From a virus, in the IMG/VR virus record IMGVR_UViG_3300042402_001861, positions 32,001 through 96,000 of that record: a DNA stretch of 64,000 nucleotides; one strand, written 5' to 3'. Positions 40,540 to 49,714 of this stretch are shown here, in pieces (position 1 is the stretch's first letter; every line of letters begins with the position of its first letter). The position numbers and the translations under genes are program-made. The notes beneath the pieces are model-generated. The model did not search any database, was not told where the DNA came from, and saw only the letters and a program-made list of their open reading frames with translations.

Positions 40540-41910
40540 ATGGACTTGACAATTTCCGAAGCACTACAGAAGAAGTGGAAGGCCATCGTTGAACACGCTG
40601 ACCTCCCTGAGATCAAGGATTCGTGGCGCAAGACCGTCACGACTCAACTCCTTGAGAATCAGGAGCAGTACCTCAAGGAAGCCGCTCCCACCAACCTCTC
40701 TAACAACCTCCCCGGCGATTCGACCGGCAATGTGGCTAAGTGGGATCCGATCCTCATCAGCCTCGTTCGCCGTGCAATGCCGAACCTGATCGCCTATGAC
40801 ATCTGCGGCGTTCAGCCGATGAGCGGCCCGACTGGGCTTATCTTCGCCCTCCGCAGCCGTTACAACAGCCAGACTGGTGCCGAGGCTCTGTTCCAAGAGG
40901 CCGACACTCGCTTTGGTGGTTCGGGTGGCACACCGTCCTACACCGGCGCTGGTTACACCGGTGGCCTCACGCAGGGTCCGGGCGTTGATCCCTTCTTCGG
41001 TGCTGCTGATGCCTCGCTGGCTGATGGCGTTGCCGATTCGTCGGCTGTCAGCCGTGCCATGACCACCCTCATGGGTGAGGCTCTTGGTGATGCTGCTAAC
41101 AATGCCTTCGCTCAGATGGCATTCAGCATCGAGAAGACCACGGTAACTGCCAAGACTCGTGCCCTGAAGGCCGAGTACACGATGGAACTCGCCCAAGACC
41201 TGAAGGCTATTCACGGTCTTGATGCCGAGACAGAACTCGCCAACATTCTTTCGAGCGAGATTCTGGCTGAGATCAACCGCGAGGTTGTTCGCACCATCTA
41301 CCGTAACGCCAAGTTGGGCGCTAAGGCTGGCACGACACAGACCCGTGGAGTGTTCGATCTCAATGTCGATTCCAACGGTCGTTGGTCGGTTGAGAAGTTC
41401 AAGGGTCTGCTGTTCCAGATTGAGCGTGAGTGCAACCAGATCGCCAAGGAAACTCGTCGTGGCAAGGGCAACTTCGTCCTCTGCTCGTCGGATGTTGCTT
41501 CGGCTCTGGCCATGTCGGGCGTTCTTGACTATGCTCCGGCTCTCAGCACCAACCTTCAGGTGGACGATACGGGCAACACCTTCGCCGGTGTTCTCAACGG
41601 TCGCCTCCGTGTTTACATCGATCCGTATTACTCATCGACACTCGCTTCGGACTTCTTCTGTGTCGGCTATAAGGGTTCCAGCCCATACGATGCTGGTATG
41701 TTCTACTGCCCCTATGTGCCGCTACAGATGGTCCGTGCAGTCGGTGAGCAGTCTTTCCAGCCGAAGATCGGCTTCAAGACTCGCTACGGCATGGTCAACA
41801 ACCCCTTCATCATTGGCAACGACAACTCGCCAATCGCTGATGTGGACAATGCCAACGCTGCTCGTAGCAACCAGTACTACCGTATCGTCAAGGTCAACAA
41901 CCTCTTCTGA
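40540..41910 (+). CDS. gp23: Major capsid protein gp23
   Basis: 'WDPILISLVRRAMPNLIAYDICGVQPMSGPTGLIFA', 'ALKAEYTMELAQDLKAIHGLDAE', 'FQPKIGFKTRYG'. Confidence 0.99.
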   Translation: MDLTISEALQKKWKAIVEHADLPEIKDSWRKTVTTQLLENQEQYLKEAAPTNLSNNLPGDSTGNVAKWDPILISLVRRAMPNLIAYDICGVQPMSGPTGLIFALRSRYNSQTGAEALFQEADTRFGGSGGTPSYTGAGYTGGLTQGPGVDPFFGAADASLADGVADSSAVSRAMTTLMGEALGDAANNAFAQMAFSIEKTTVTAKTRALKAEYTMELAQDLKAIHGLDAETELANILSSEILAEINREVVRTIYRNAKLGAKAGTTQTRGVFDLNVDSNGRWSVEKFKGLLFQIERECNQIAKETRRGKGNFVLCSSDVASALAMSGVLDYAPALSTNLQVDDTGNTFAGVLNGRLRVYIDPYYSSTLASDFFCVGYKGSSPYDAGMFYCPYVPLQMVRAVGEQSFQPKIGFKTRYGMVNNPFIIGNDNSPIADVDNANAARSNQYYRIVKVNNLF

Positions 41911-41950
41911 TACAAGTACGGTACGACAAGTTACCCCCACACTTGGAATG

Positions 41951-41980
41951 GGAGCGGAGAAATCCGCTCCTGTTCTTTTT
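41951..41980 (+). terminator. Rho-independent terminator after gp23
   Basis: GGAGCGGA-GAAA-TCCGCTCC followed by TGTTCTTTTT. Confidence 0.85.
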
Positions 41981-41982
41981 CA

Positions 41983-41989
41983 CTAAATA
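41983..41989 (+). promoter_or_regulatory. T4-type late promoter box
   Basis: CTAAATA right after the terminator, then GGAGG and ATG 42003. Confidence 0.8.
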
Positions 41990-42002
41990 GTTCGGAGGTT
42001 CC

Positions 42003-42551
42003 ATGCACTACGAAATACCCGATGAAGGTCCGTTGGGTGCTGCTTGTTCCACTCCGACGAATACCAATCTAACCGCTCCGACGAACTACAAGTTCAGCAT
42101 CAAGCGGATACCAAACATGGTGTACTTCTGCACGGGTGTATCGTTGCCGGGTTGGTCTAATCCCACGATCAATGTGCCAACAGGCTTTCCTGGTGGCAGG
42201 AATACCCTGAAGGCAAAGAGCGAATCTATCAGTCACGGGGATGCAACCTTTCGCTTTCTCGTCAACGAAGACTATTCAAACTATGACGAGGTGGCCAAGT
42301 GGTTCCGTCAATGCGTTGGACTCAATGACTACAGCCAAGTTGCATGGCGAAACTGGATGTCCGAGGAAGGATATCTGCTTGTGTTGAGCAATCGCAAGAA
42401 TCCCGTCTTCCGCATCACCTTCCGTGGACTCTTCCCCACAGGAATAAGTGACCTGAATTACAAGGCAAACGAAACCGAGAATACACCATTGGTTGCAACG
42501 GTGACCATGAACTTCACCTATTACACCTACGAATCTCTACTCAATCCATGA
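42003..42551 (+). CDS. Tail completion protein gp3-like, paralogue A
   Basis: 'NYKFSIKRIPNMVYFCTGVSLPG', 'FLVNEDYSNY', 'ITFRGLFPTGIS...ATVTMNFTYY'. Confidence 0.85.
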   Translation: MHYEIPDEGPLGAACSTPTNTNLTAPTNYKFSIKRIPNMVYFCTGVSLPGWSNPTINVPTGFPGGRNTLKAKSESISHGDATFRFLVNEDYSNYDEVAKWFRQCVGLNDYSQVAWRNWMSEEGYLLVLSNRKNPVFRITFRGLFPTGISDLNYKANETENTPLVATVTMNFTYYTYESLLNP

Positions 42552-43120
42552 GCATACTTGACGAAAAGGGTCTGACAGGCAAGGATTACGGAATCGCAGA
42601 TCGTGATTCTTTCGGTGCTGCATGTTCCACGCCGCTGAACACGAACACAACGATCCCGACAAATTTTCTGTTCATGTGTCGGAAGATACCGTCCTTTACC
42701 TACTTCATTCAGGACTTTTCCCTGCCCGAAACAAGCAAGGAATCTATTGCGTCTGACTTCATGTTCGGACCTTCCGTGAAGTTCCCCAATGCCACTATTG
42801 GTTATGGCACCCTAACAATCAAGTTTATCATTAATGAGGATTTCTCAAACTATCACTCCATAGTCAAGTGGATGCTTGAGAATACTGGTTACACGGAATT
42901 CGTTGCTGACCAGAAGTACAACGAAGGAGCGAACGAGGAAGGAACTCTGATTCTCCTATCCAACAAGAAGAATCCGATTCGAAGAATCAATTTCGAAGGT
43001 CTGATTCCAACAGAACTCTCTGGCATAGACTTTGCTAGCGATGTCACCGATATCAACACGCTGACCGCAACATTGAAATTTGCCGTGTCGGCATTCAGCA
43101 TCAAGACCGTTTCTCCTTGA
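42548..43120 (+). CDS. Tail completion protein gp3-like, paralogue B
   Basis: 'NFLFMCRKIPSFTYFIQDFSLP', 'FIINEDFSNY', 'INFEGLIPTELSGIDF'. Confidence 0.85.
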   Translation: MSILDEKGLTGKDYGIADRDSFGAACSTPLNTNTTIPTNFLFMCRKIPSFTYFIQDFSLPETSKESIASDFMFGPSVKFPNATIGYGTLTIKFIINEDFSNYHSIVKWMLENTGYTEFVADQKYNEGANEEGTLILLSNKKNPIRRINFEGLIPTELSGIDFASDVTDINTLTATLKFAVSAFSIKTVSP

Positions 43121-43144
43121 CTTTGTTGTGTGGGGTGTTATACT
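43117..43144 (+). promoter_or_regulatory. Sigma70-like promoter for uvsY
   Basis: TTGACT-N16-TATACT with TGn extended -10; ATG 9 nt downstream; no SD. Confidence 0.7.
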
Positions 43145-43153
43145 GTTCTCACC

Positions 43154-43591
43154 ATGAACTTTGAGAAGATCAAGGAGATGGCCGAAAAAGACTTGGCCAT
43201 CGATGACACGGAACTTGGCAATGAGTCAACTCGCATTCCGCAACTTCACAATAAGTATCTCGTCATCTTCCATGATGAGAGACTTGTCCTTCGCAAGGCA
43301 CAGTCCGACTACAGGACATTGAGGAAGGACAAGTGGGAGTACTATACGGGAAAGATGTCTCAGGAACGACTGACAGAACTCGGGTGGCAGCCGTTTCAGT
43401 CGCGGATACTACGAAACGATCTGGATGTCTACATGGACTCCGATCCCGATCTGTCTGCCCTGCGGGTGAAGATAGAATATCAGGAGGAGAAGGTGGATTA
43501 TCTGGAGTCCGTGCTGAAGGGAATATCACAGAGACATTGGGTGATTCGCAATTCAATCGAATGGCGAAAGTTCACCAACGGCATCGTCTGA
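43154..43591 (+). CDS. uvsY: Recombination mediator UvsY
   Basis: 'EKDLAIDDTELGNESTRIPQLHNKY', 'KWEYYTGK', 'IRNSIEWRKFTNG'. Confidence 0.93.
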   Translation: MNFEKIKEMAEKDLAIDDTELGNESTRIPQLHNKYLVIFHDERLVLRKAQSDYRTLRKDKWEYYTGKMSQERLTELGWQPFQSRILRNDLDVYMDSDPDLSALRVKIEYQEEKVDYLESVLKGISQRHWVIRNSIEWRKFTNGIV

Positions 43592-43611
43592 ATCAACCTG
43601 GTTTGGGCACC

Positions 43612-43618
43612 CTAAATA
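43612..43618 (+). promoter_or_regulatory. T4-type late promoter box
   Basis: CTAAATA 5 nt before uvsW ATG 43624. Confidence 0.65.
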
Positions 43619-43623
43619 ATGGG

Positions 43624-45150
43624 ATGCCTGAAGTAATCGTTCATCGGCACAATACTGTTCATGTTCGTCTGTCATGCGAACCTGCGATAGCCCGTGAGAT
43701 TCAGGAGTACTTCACCTTCGAAGTACCCAATGCACGGTTCACCCCTGCTTTCCGCAATCGACATTGGGACGGCAAGATACGGATGTTCCACCCAAGGAAC
43801 GGACTGCTGTATGTTGGTCTGTTGGATTACCTTGCACAGTTCTGCGAGGAACGCAAGTATCACCTGACGGTTGACCGCAAGTTGATAAACCCCGTGGAGC
43901 CCTGCACACGGGAGGAATGCGTCAGCAAGATCATCAAGAACTTGAATCTGTCCGCACAAGGACAATCGATTGATCCACATGAACATCAAGTGGATGCGAT
44001 TCACCATGCACTCAACAGCAATCGATGCCTGCTGCTTTCTCCGACTGCAAGCGGAAAGAGCCTCATCATCTATGTCTTGTCTCGATTTTATTCGCAGTTG
44101 CTTGCGGCTAGGGAGCAGCGAGTACTGATCGTGGTTCCGAGCATTTCGCTCGTCACTCAGTTGTTCAATGACTTCAAGGACTATGCCACGAACGATCCAA
44201 ACGGATGGACGGCAGAGGATCATTGCCACAAGGTCTACGGTGGCGAGGAGAAGGACGATCCGACAAAGCAGATCGTCATCACGACATGGCAGTCTATTTA
44301 CAAGTTGCCCAAGGACTACTTCGATCAGTTTGGTGCCGTGGTCGGGGACGAAGCACATTTGTTCAAGGCCGCAAGCCTGACGAGCATCATGTCCAAGTTG
44401 GTCGATTGCCCTTATCGCATCGCATTGACGGGAACTCTTGACGGTACGCAGACACACAAGTTGGCAATTGAAGGGCTGTTTGGTCCCGTGAAGCAAGTCA
44501 CCACGACCAAGGAATTGATCGACAAGAAACTTCTTTCCAACCTTGAGATCGACTGCATCCTCCTGACCTATCCCGATGAAGTCTGCAAGACAATCGCGGG
44601 AATACAGTATCAGGAAGAGATCGAATGGATAGTCTGCTGCGAGGCACGGAACAAGTTGATTTCCAAGTTGGCAAATTCGACCAAGGGCAACACGCTTGTG
44701 CTTTTCCAATTTGTCGAGAAACACGGCAAGCCACTTCATGCATTGATTTCATCCGAGGCAGGGGACACACGCAAGGTCTTCTATGTGTCGGGCGAAACCG
44801 AGGGCGAGGTTCGCGAAGACATTCGGCAGATTACCGAGAACGAGGACAATGCAATCATCGTAGCATCGTATGGAACATTCAGCACGGGAATCAACATTCG
44901 CTCGCTCAAGAACATCATCTTCGCTTCCCCGTCAAAGAGCCGAATCCGTGTGTTGCAAAGCATCGGCAGACAGTTGAGAAAGTCAAGCCGCAAGGACAAG
45001 GCAAGGCTCTATGACATTGCAGATGACTTGCATTGGAAGTCAAGGAAAAATCACACCCTGAAGCATTTCATCGAAAGGGTGAAAATCTACAACGAAGAAT
45101 CCTTCGAATACAAGATGGTAAAGATACCCATCAAGGGAGCAACCACATGA
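43624..45150 (+). CDS. uvsW: SF2 DNA helicase UvsW
   Basis: 'WDGKIRMF', 'LSPTASGKS', 'VGDEAH', 'LTGTL', 'ASYGTFSTGINI', 'LQSIGRQLR'. ATG 43624 is preferred to the track start. Confidence 0.97.
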   Translation: MPEVIVHRHNTVHVRLSCEPAIAREIQEYFTFEVPNARFTPAFRNRHWDGKIRMFHPRNGLLYVGLLDYLAQFCEERKYHLTVDRKLINPVEPCTREECVSKIIKNLNLSAQGQSIDPHEHQVDAIHHALNSNRCLLLSPTASGKSLIIYVLSRFYSQLLAAREQRVLIVVPSISLVTQLFNDFKDYATNDPNGWTAEDHCHKVYGGEEKDDPTKQIVITTWQSIYKLPKDYFDQFGAVVGDEAHLFKAASLTSIMSKLVDCPYRIALTGTLDGTQTHKLAIEGLFGPVKQVTTTKELIDKKLLSNLEIDCILLTYPDEVCKTIAGIQYQEEIEWIVCCEARNKLISKLANSTKGNTLVLFQFVEKHGKPLHALISSEAGDTRKVFYVSGETEGEVREDIRQITENEDNAIIVASYGTFSTGINIRSLKNIIFASPSKSRIRVLQSIGRQLRKSSRKDKARLYDIADDLHWKSRKNHTLKHFIERVKIYNEESFEYKMVKIPIKGATT

Positions 45151-45698
45151 TCGAATTCTCAAAGGAAAGACCGGTCGAAACGAAATTGGTTCGCCTGCGC
45201 TCAGGGGAGACATTGATATGTTGCTTGCAGGAATTTGAGACAGGTTATGTCGTGGAGAAGCCTATGTCCGTCACATCCGTGCCGCTTATGGACAAGCAGG
45301 GCATGGTTCAGAAGGTAGGTGTATACCTCAAGGATTGGATCGATTACACGGACGATACATACTTTGTCATCACGAAGGACATTGTTCTTGTCTTGGCAAA
45401 TCCTGACAAGAAGATGGTTGAGGATTACATTGAGGCAAAGATCAAGTCTGACATACAACGCTCAGAGATAGAACTTGCCGAGACAATGCAGGAATATCTT
45501 CAACAAATGGGGTCAATCGATCAGTCTAAGTTGCAGGAAGAGCGTGACATGGGGGACGAAAGCGACTACACTCCCCCACAGCAGGAAGAACAGACAGAAC
45601 AGGACAATGATGATCAAGAGGAACAGGATGAAGAGGAAGATGATGGGGATGACGGGACTCCACCGTGGTGGAACAACAATCCCCGTGTCAAATTCTGA
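45147..45698 (+). CDS. Sm-like fold hypothetical protein with acidic tail
   Basis: 'KLVRLRSGETLIC', 'LKDWIDYTDD..F.I.KDIVL'; conserved position between uvsW and gp55. Confidence 0.7.
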   Translation: MIEFSKERPVETKLVRLRSGETLICCLQEFETGYVVEKPMSVTSVPLMDKQGMVQKVGVYLKDWIDYTDDTYFVITKDIVLVLANPDKKMVEDYIEAKIKSDIQRSEIELAETMQEYLQQMGSIDQSKLQEERDMGDESDYTPPQQEEQTEQDNDDQEEQDEEEDDGDDGTPPWWNNNPRVKF

Positions 45699-45756
45699 CC
45701 TAACAGTTCCGTACTGGATAAACCAATAGAACCATTCATTTCATCCCGGACACCGG

Positions 45757-45763
45757 TATTTAG
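45757..45763 (-). promoter_or_regulatory. Late promoter box oriented antisense, upstream of gp55
   Basis: TATTTAG on + is CTAAATA on -; points back into the 45147 gene. Confidence 0.4.
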
Positions 45764-45840
45764 TACCTAGACCACGACAGCACCAATAATTATTCTGGTT
45801 TCATGCGAATTTCTTTTCTGAAAAAGTGAGAGTAAAAACA

Positions 45841-46416
45841 ATGGGTAAGAAGGCAAGTCATTACATAGACAACAAGCGATTCCTGAAGGAAATAACCGAT
45901 CACCGAAAGGCCGTCAGGAGAGCCAATCGTGCAGGAGAGAAGCCGCCGGGAGTAACCGATTACATCGGGCAATGCTTCCTTGACATCGCCAACAATCTTG
46001 CAAAGAAGCCCAACTTTGCAAATTACAGTTTCAAGGAAGAGATGGTCGGGGATGCCGTGGAGAACTGCATCATGTATGCGACCAACTTCGATCCCAAGAA
46101 ATCAAAGAATCCGTTCGCCTTCTTCACGCAGATAACCTTCTATGCCTTCCTTCGTCGCATAAGCAAGGAGAAGAAGCAACTCTACATCAAGTTGAAGTGC
46201 TTTGAGGACAATGACCCATCGGGCAAGTTCCGTAATTGGATGGATGAAGGCAAGATTCCCGAGAGCAGCGATGAAGTTGCCGAGATCATCGGACTTTCAG
46301 AAACAGACATGAACAACTTCAAGAACGAGAAGGAAAAGAAGTTGAAGAAGAAGAGCCGCAAGAAGAAAGACGCTGCTGGTGCCAAGAATGTCCTTGACGA
46401 CTTCATGGATGAGTGA
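45841..46416 (+). CDS. gp55: Late-transcription sigma factor gp55
   Basis: 'HYIDNKRFL', 'YIGQCFLDIANNLAKKPNFANYSFKEEMVGDAVENC', 'KNPFAFFTQI'. Confidence 0.97.
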   Translation: MGKKASHYIDNKRFLKEITDHRKAVRRANRAGEKPPGVTDYIGQCFLDIANNLAKKPNFANYSFKEEMVGDAVENCIMYATNFDPKKSKNPFAFFTQITFYAFLRRISKEKKQLYIKLKCFEDNDPSGKFRNWMDEGKIPESSDEVAEIIGLSETDMNNFKNEKEKKLKKKSRKKKDAAGAKNVLDDFMDE

Positions 46417-46430
46417 TAGACTCTGACTCA

Positions 46431-47477
46431 ATGCGTATCGCCATCGTTACGGATACACACTTCGGAGCAAGATCGGATTCACCGATCTTCCTTCATCATT
46501 TCTTCAAATTCGTTGAAGAGGTGTTCTTTCCGTATCTTGAAAAGAACAAGATTGACACGGTTCTTCACTTGGGCGACTTGCTTGATCGCCGCAAGTTCGT
46601 GAACTTTGCAACTCTGAATGAGGTACGCAAGCGGTTCATGGAACCGTTGGTGAGCAAGCATCGGGTGTATGCCATTCCCGGCAACCACGATGTGTACTTC
46701 AAGAACACGAACCAAGTAAACTCGCTGCGTGAATTGTTCCATGATGACTTGGGAGATGGACTGATCGAACATCCACGAATCATCGATTTCGCTGGCTGTC
46801 GCATCGGATTCGTGCCTTGGATCACCAAGGACAACACCGACGAATGCATGAAGTTCATCAAGGACGCTGCCGATGCAAAGGTGCCGTTCCTGATGGGTCA
46901 CTTCGAACTCAACGGATACGAAGTCATGCGTGGCGTGAAGTTTGAGGAAGGCATGGATCCCGATACCCTGAAGGATTTTGAAGCGGTCTTCAGCGGACAC
47001 TTCCACCAAAAGCACAGCAAGGGCAATGTGCATTACTTGGGTACGCCCTATCAGATCACATTTGCAGATTTGAACGAGCCAAAGGGCTTCCATGTCCTTG
47101 ATACAGACAAGCACACCATTGAATACATAAAGAACCCGCTGACGATTTTCACTCAGTTGGTCTATGATGACGATAAGACCGATTACACAAACCTCAACCT
47201 CGACAAGTACAAGCACACATTCGTCCGCATCGTTGTCAAGTCCAAGACAAATCCCGTTATGTTCGATGCCCTGATTGACAGACTGACGGACTGCGGCGTG
47301 TATGGAGCGACGGTAATTGAGGACAAGGAATTGGGAATCACCTTGACCGAACAGGTCGATGTCGCTCAGGACACATTGTCCCTGATCAACAACGAGATCG
47401 ACCAGTTGAAGGTCAAGAATCCCGGCAAACTCAAGGGCATTCTGAAAGAATTGTATCTTGAATCACTCTACTCTTAA
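46431..47477 (+). CDS. gp47: Recombination endonuclease gp47 (Mre11/SbcD-like)
   Basis: 'IVTDTHFGAR', 'LHLGDLLDRR', 'PGNHDVY', 'FSGHFH'. Confidence 0.97.
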   Translation: MRIAIVTDTHFGARSDSPIFLHHFFKFVEEVFFPYLEKNKIDTVLHLGDLLDRRKFVNFATLNEVRKRFMEPLVSKHRVYAIPGNHDVYFKNTNQVNSLRELFHDDLGDGLIEHPRIIDFAGCRIGFVPWITKDNTDECMKFIKDAADAKVPFLMGHFELNGYEVMRGVKFEEGMDPDTLKDFEAVFSGHFHQKHSKGNVHYLGTPYQITFADLNEPKGFHVLDTDKHTIEYIKNPLTIFTQLVYDDDKTDYTNLNLDKYKHTFVRIVVKSKTNPVMFDALIDRLTDCGVYGATVIEDKELGITLTEQVDVAQDTLSLINNEIDQLKVKNPGKLKGILKELYLESLYS

Positions 47478-47487
47478 GGAGATCAGT

Positions 47488-47802
47488 ATGGCACTTCCCG
47501 TGAAGATTTTCGGTTTGCAGACAGGAGAACAGGTTCTTGGCCAGATTGTTGCCGAGAACATGGATAACGGCACTTGCACGATCAAGAACCCTGCGGTTCT
47601 TGTTCCTGCCGGACAGGGCAAGTTGGCCCTTGTTCCTTGGCTTCCCTACGCAGAGTACGAGGATGGCGTGAGCGTCCGTGGCGTACTCTTCAGCGTGGTT
47701 CCCACCGATGGGCTGCTCAAGGAGTACACCACAGGCTTCGTGAGTGGGTTGGTGGTTCCTTCGAACAAGATCGAAACACCGACATTGAAGATCACACAAT
47801 AA
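47488..47802 (+). CDS. Sm-like fold hypothetical protein
   Basis: AAGGAG SD; 'LQTGEQVLG...IKNPAVL...LALVPWLPYA...LLKEY..GFVSGLVVP'. Confidence 0.75.
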   Translation: MALPVKIFGLQTGEQVLGQIVAENMDNGTCTIKNPAVLVPAGQGKLALVPWLPYAEYEDGVSVRGVLFSVVPTDGLLKEYTTGFVSGLVVPSNKIETPTLKITQ

Positions 47803-47820
47803 CAAAGAAAGGAGGCTCCA

Positions 47821-47943
47821 ATGGAATTCATTCAGAACGCCCTTGGGACTTTCTTCTACACGGTAGTCGTGTTCATCGCTGGTGCGGTGATCGGCGTTCC
47901 GATGTGGAAGTGGCTGTCCCCGAAGATGCCTTGGAACAAGTAA
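47821..47943 (+). CDS. 40-aa single-pass membrane peptide (not in the ORF track)
   Basis: AAAGGAGG SD; MEFIQNALGTFFYTVVVFIAGAVIGVPMWKWLSPKMPWNK*. Confidence 0.75.
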   Translation: MEFIQNALGTFFYTVVVFIAGAVIGVPMWKWLSPKMPWNK

Positions 47944-47983
47944 TCCAAGGATTCGTGATGCTGTCCGGTAGGGAGTATTTACC

Positions 47984-49711
47984 ATGATTAGATTTGAAAA
48001 ACTCCGATGGAAGAATTTGCTCTCTACCGGACAGTATTTCACGGAAATCGACCTGACAAAGGCCAACACGACATTGATTTGTGGAGAGAACGGCGCAGGG
48101 AAATCCACGATGCTGGATGCCCTGTGCTTCGTTCTTTTTGGAAAGCCTTATCGCAACATCAACCTTCCGCAGTTGGTCAACAGCATCAATCAGAAGGATT
48201 CCGTGGTGGAGATTGAATTCACCATCGGCAAGGATTCCTACAAGGTGATCCGTGGTCAGGCACCGAAGTTGTTTGAAGTACACAAGAACGGCAAGTTGAT
48301 AGATCAGGAAGCAAAGAGCAAGGACTATCAACGAATGTTCGAAGAGCAGATTCTTCGAATGAACTACAAGTCGTTCTGTCAGGTTGTCATCCTTGGTTCG
48401 GCCAACTATGTTCCGTTCATGCGGCTTGTGGCTGCGGAGCGACGATCCATCGTTGAGACTATCCTTGACATCAACATCTTCAGCACGATGAATGTGATCC
48501 TCAAGGGAAAGGTTTCGCAGAACCGAGAGGAACTTGTCGAACTTGAGGGCAAGATTGCCGTCCTGAAGGAGCGTATCTCCTTGCAGAAGAAGTACATGGA
48601 GGAGAAGACCAAGGACGAGAAGGACATCGTTGAGAAGTATCAGACCGAGATCAACGAGGCATTGGAGCGAATCGAAACTATCAAGAAAGAACTTTCCGAT
48701 CATCAGCAGCATCTGTCAGAATACCTTGAGAAGATCGATGACAAGCCCCTGATCGAAAGCAACAAGGCGAACCTTGATTCGTTGCAGAAGCAGTTGACAA
48801 CAAAGATCAAGAGCCTGAACACAAGCATCGACTTCTACGAAAAGAACGACACTTGTCCAACCTGTACGCAGTCCATCGGGAGCGATTTCAAGGAATCCGC
48901 CAAGAGCGGACTTGCATCGAAGAAGAGGGAAGTGGAGACTGCCATGGAAGAGATTGGCAAGCAGATGACCAAGGTGGCAGAACGGATGGAGGAATTGCGG
49001 GAAACCGTCCTTGCAATGAAGGAGATTGAGTCGGACATCAATGACTGCAAGAATGAACTGTCCATGCAGAAGAAGTTCATCGACAAGACCAAGCAGAAAC
49101 TTGAGGAAGCCAAGGCTCCCAAGACCGATGATTCGAAGGAAAAGGAGGAGTTTGCCAAGAGCATTGCCGATGAGGCAGAACTTGTATCCTCACGCAACGA
49201 GTTGGTGGACACTCAGTACTACTATGGCGTGGCTTCAACCCTCCTGAAGGACTCGGGCATCAAGAGCAGGATCATCAAGCATTACATTCCCGTCATCAAC
49301 AAGGTAATCAATCAGTACCTGACGCAGATGGGCCTGTTCGTGAATTTCAATCTTGACGAGGAGTTCAACGAAACGATCCTGTCTCGCCATCGCGATACCT
49401 TCACCTATGCATCCTTCAGCGAGGGAGAGAAGAAGAAGATCGATCTTGCCTTGCTGTTTGCATGGAGGGCAATTGCACAGATGAAGAATTCGGTGTCAAC
49501 AAACCTGTTGATCCTTGACGAGGTGCTTGACGGAAGTCTTGATGATGCAGCCTCCGAGTCCTTCCTTGACTTGCTGAAGGGATTGGACAACGACACGAAT
49601 GTGTTCGTGATAAGCCACAAGCCCAAGGAACTACTTGAGTCCAAGTTCAGCAGGCTACTTACCTTCGTCAAGCGAAACAACTTCAGCAGTATCGCAAGCA
49701 CGAAGGCTTGA
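47984..49711 (+). CDS. gp46: Recombination ATPase gp46 (Rad50/SbcC-like)
   Basis: Walker A 'GENGAGKST', zinc hook 'CPTC', 'SFSEGEK', 'LILDEVLDGSLD', 'ISH'. Confidence 0.97.
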   Translation: MIRFEKLRWKNLLSTGQYFTEIDLTKANTTLICGENGAGKSTMLDALCFVLFGKPYRNINLPQLVNSINQKDSVVEIEFTIGKDSYKVIRGQAPKLFEVHKNGKLIDQEAKSKDYQRMFEEQILRMNYKSFCQVVILGSANYVPFMRLVAAERRSIVETILDINIFSTMNVILKGKVSQNREELVELEGKIAVLKERISLQKKYMEEKTKDEKDIVEKYQTEINEALERIETIKKELSDHQQHLSEYLEKIDDKPLIESNKANLDSLQKQLTTKIKSLNTSIDFYEKNDTCPTCTQSIGSDFKESAKSGLASKKREVETAMEEIGKQMTKVAERMEELRETVLAMKEIESDINDCKNELSMQKKFIDKTKQKLEEAKAPKTDDSKEKEEFAKSIADEAELVSSRNELVDTQYYYGVASTLLKDSGIKSRIIKHYIPVINKVINQYLTQMGLFVNFNLDEEFNETILSRHRDTFTYASFSEGEKKKIDLALLFAWRAIAQMKNSVSTNLLILDEVLDGSLDDAASESFLDLLKGLDNDTNVFVISHKPKELLESKFSRLLTFVKRNNFSSIASTKA

Positions 49712-49714
49712 TCG

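Noticed and set aside
41219-41986. 255-aa alternate-frame ORF overlapping gp23, and antisense ORF 40564-41214
   Set aside because: Shadow frames of a strongly codon-biased gene; no RBS and no recognisable motifs.
30930-49711. Introns, inteins or homing endonucleases in gp17, gp20, gp23, uvsW, gp47 and gp46
   Set aside because: All are continuous and of normal length; no intein or LAGLIDADG/GIY-YIG/HNH motifs were seen.
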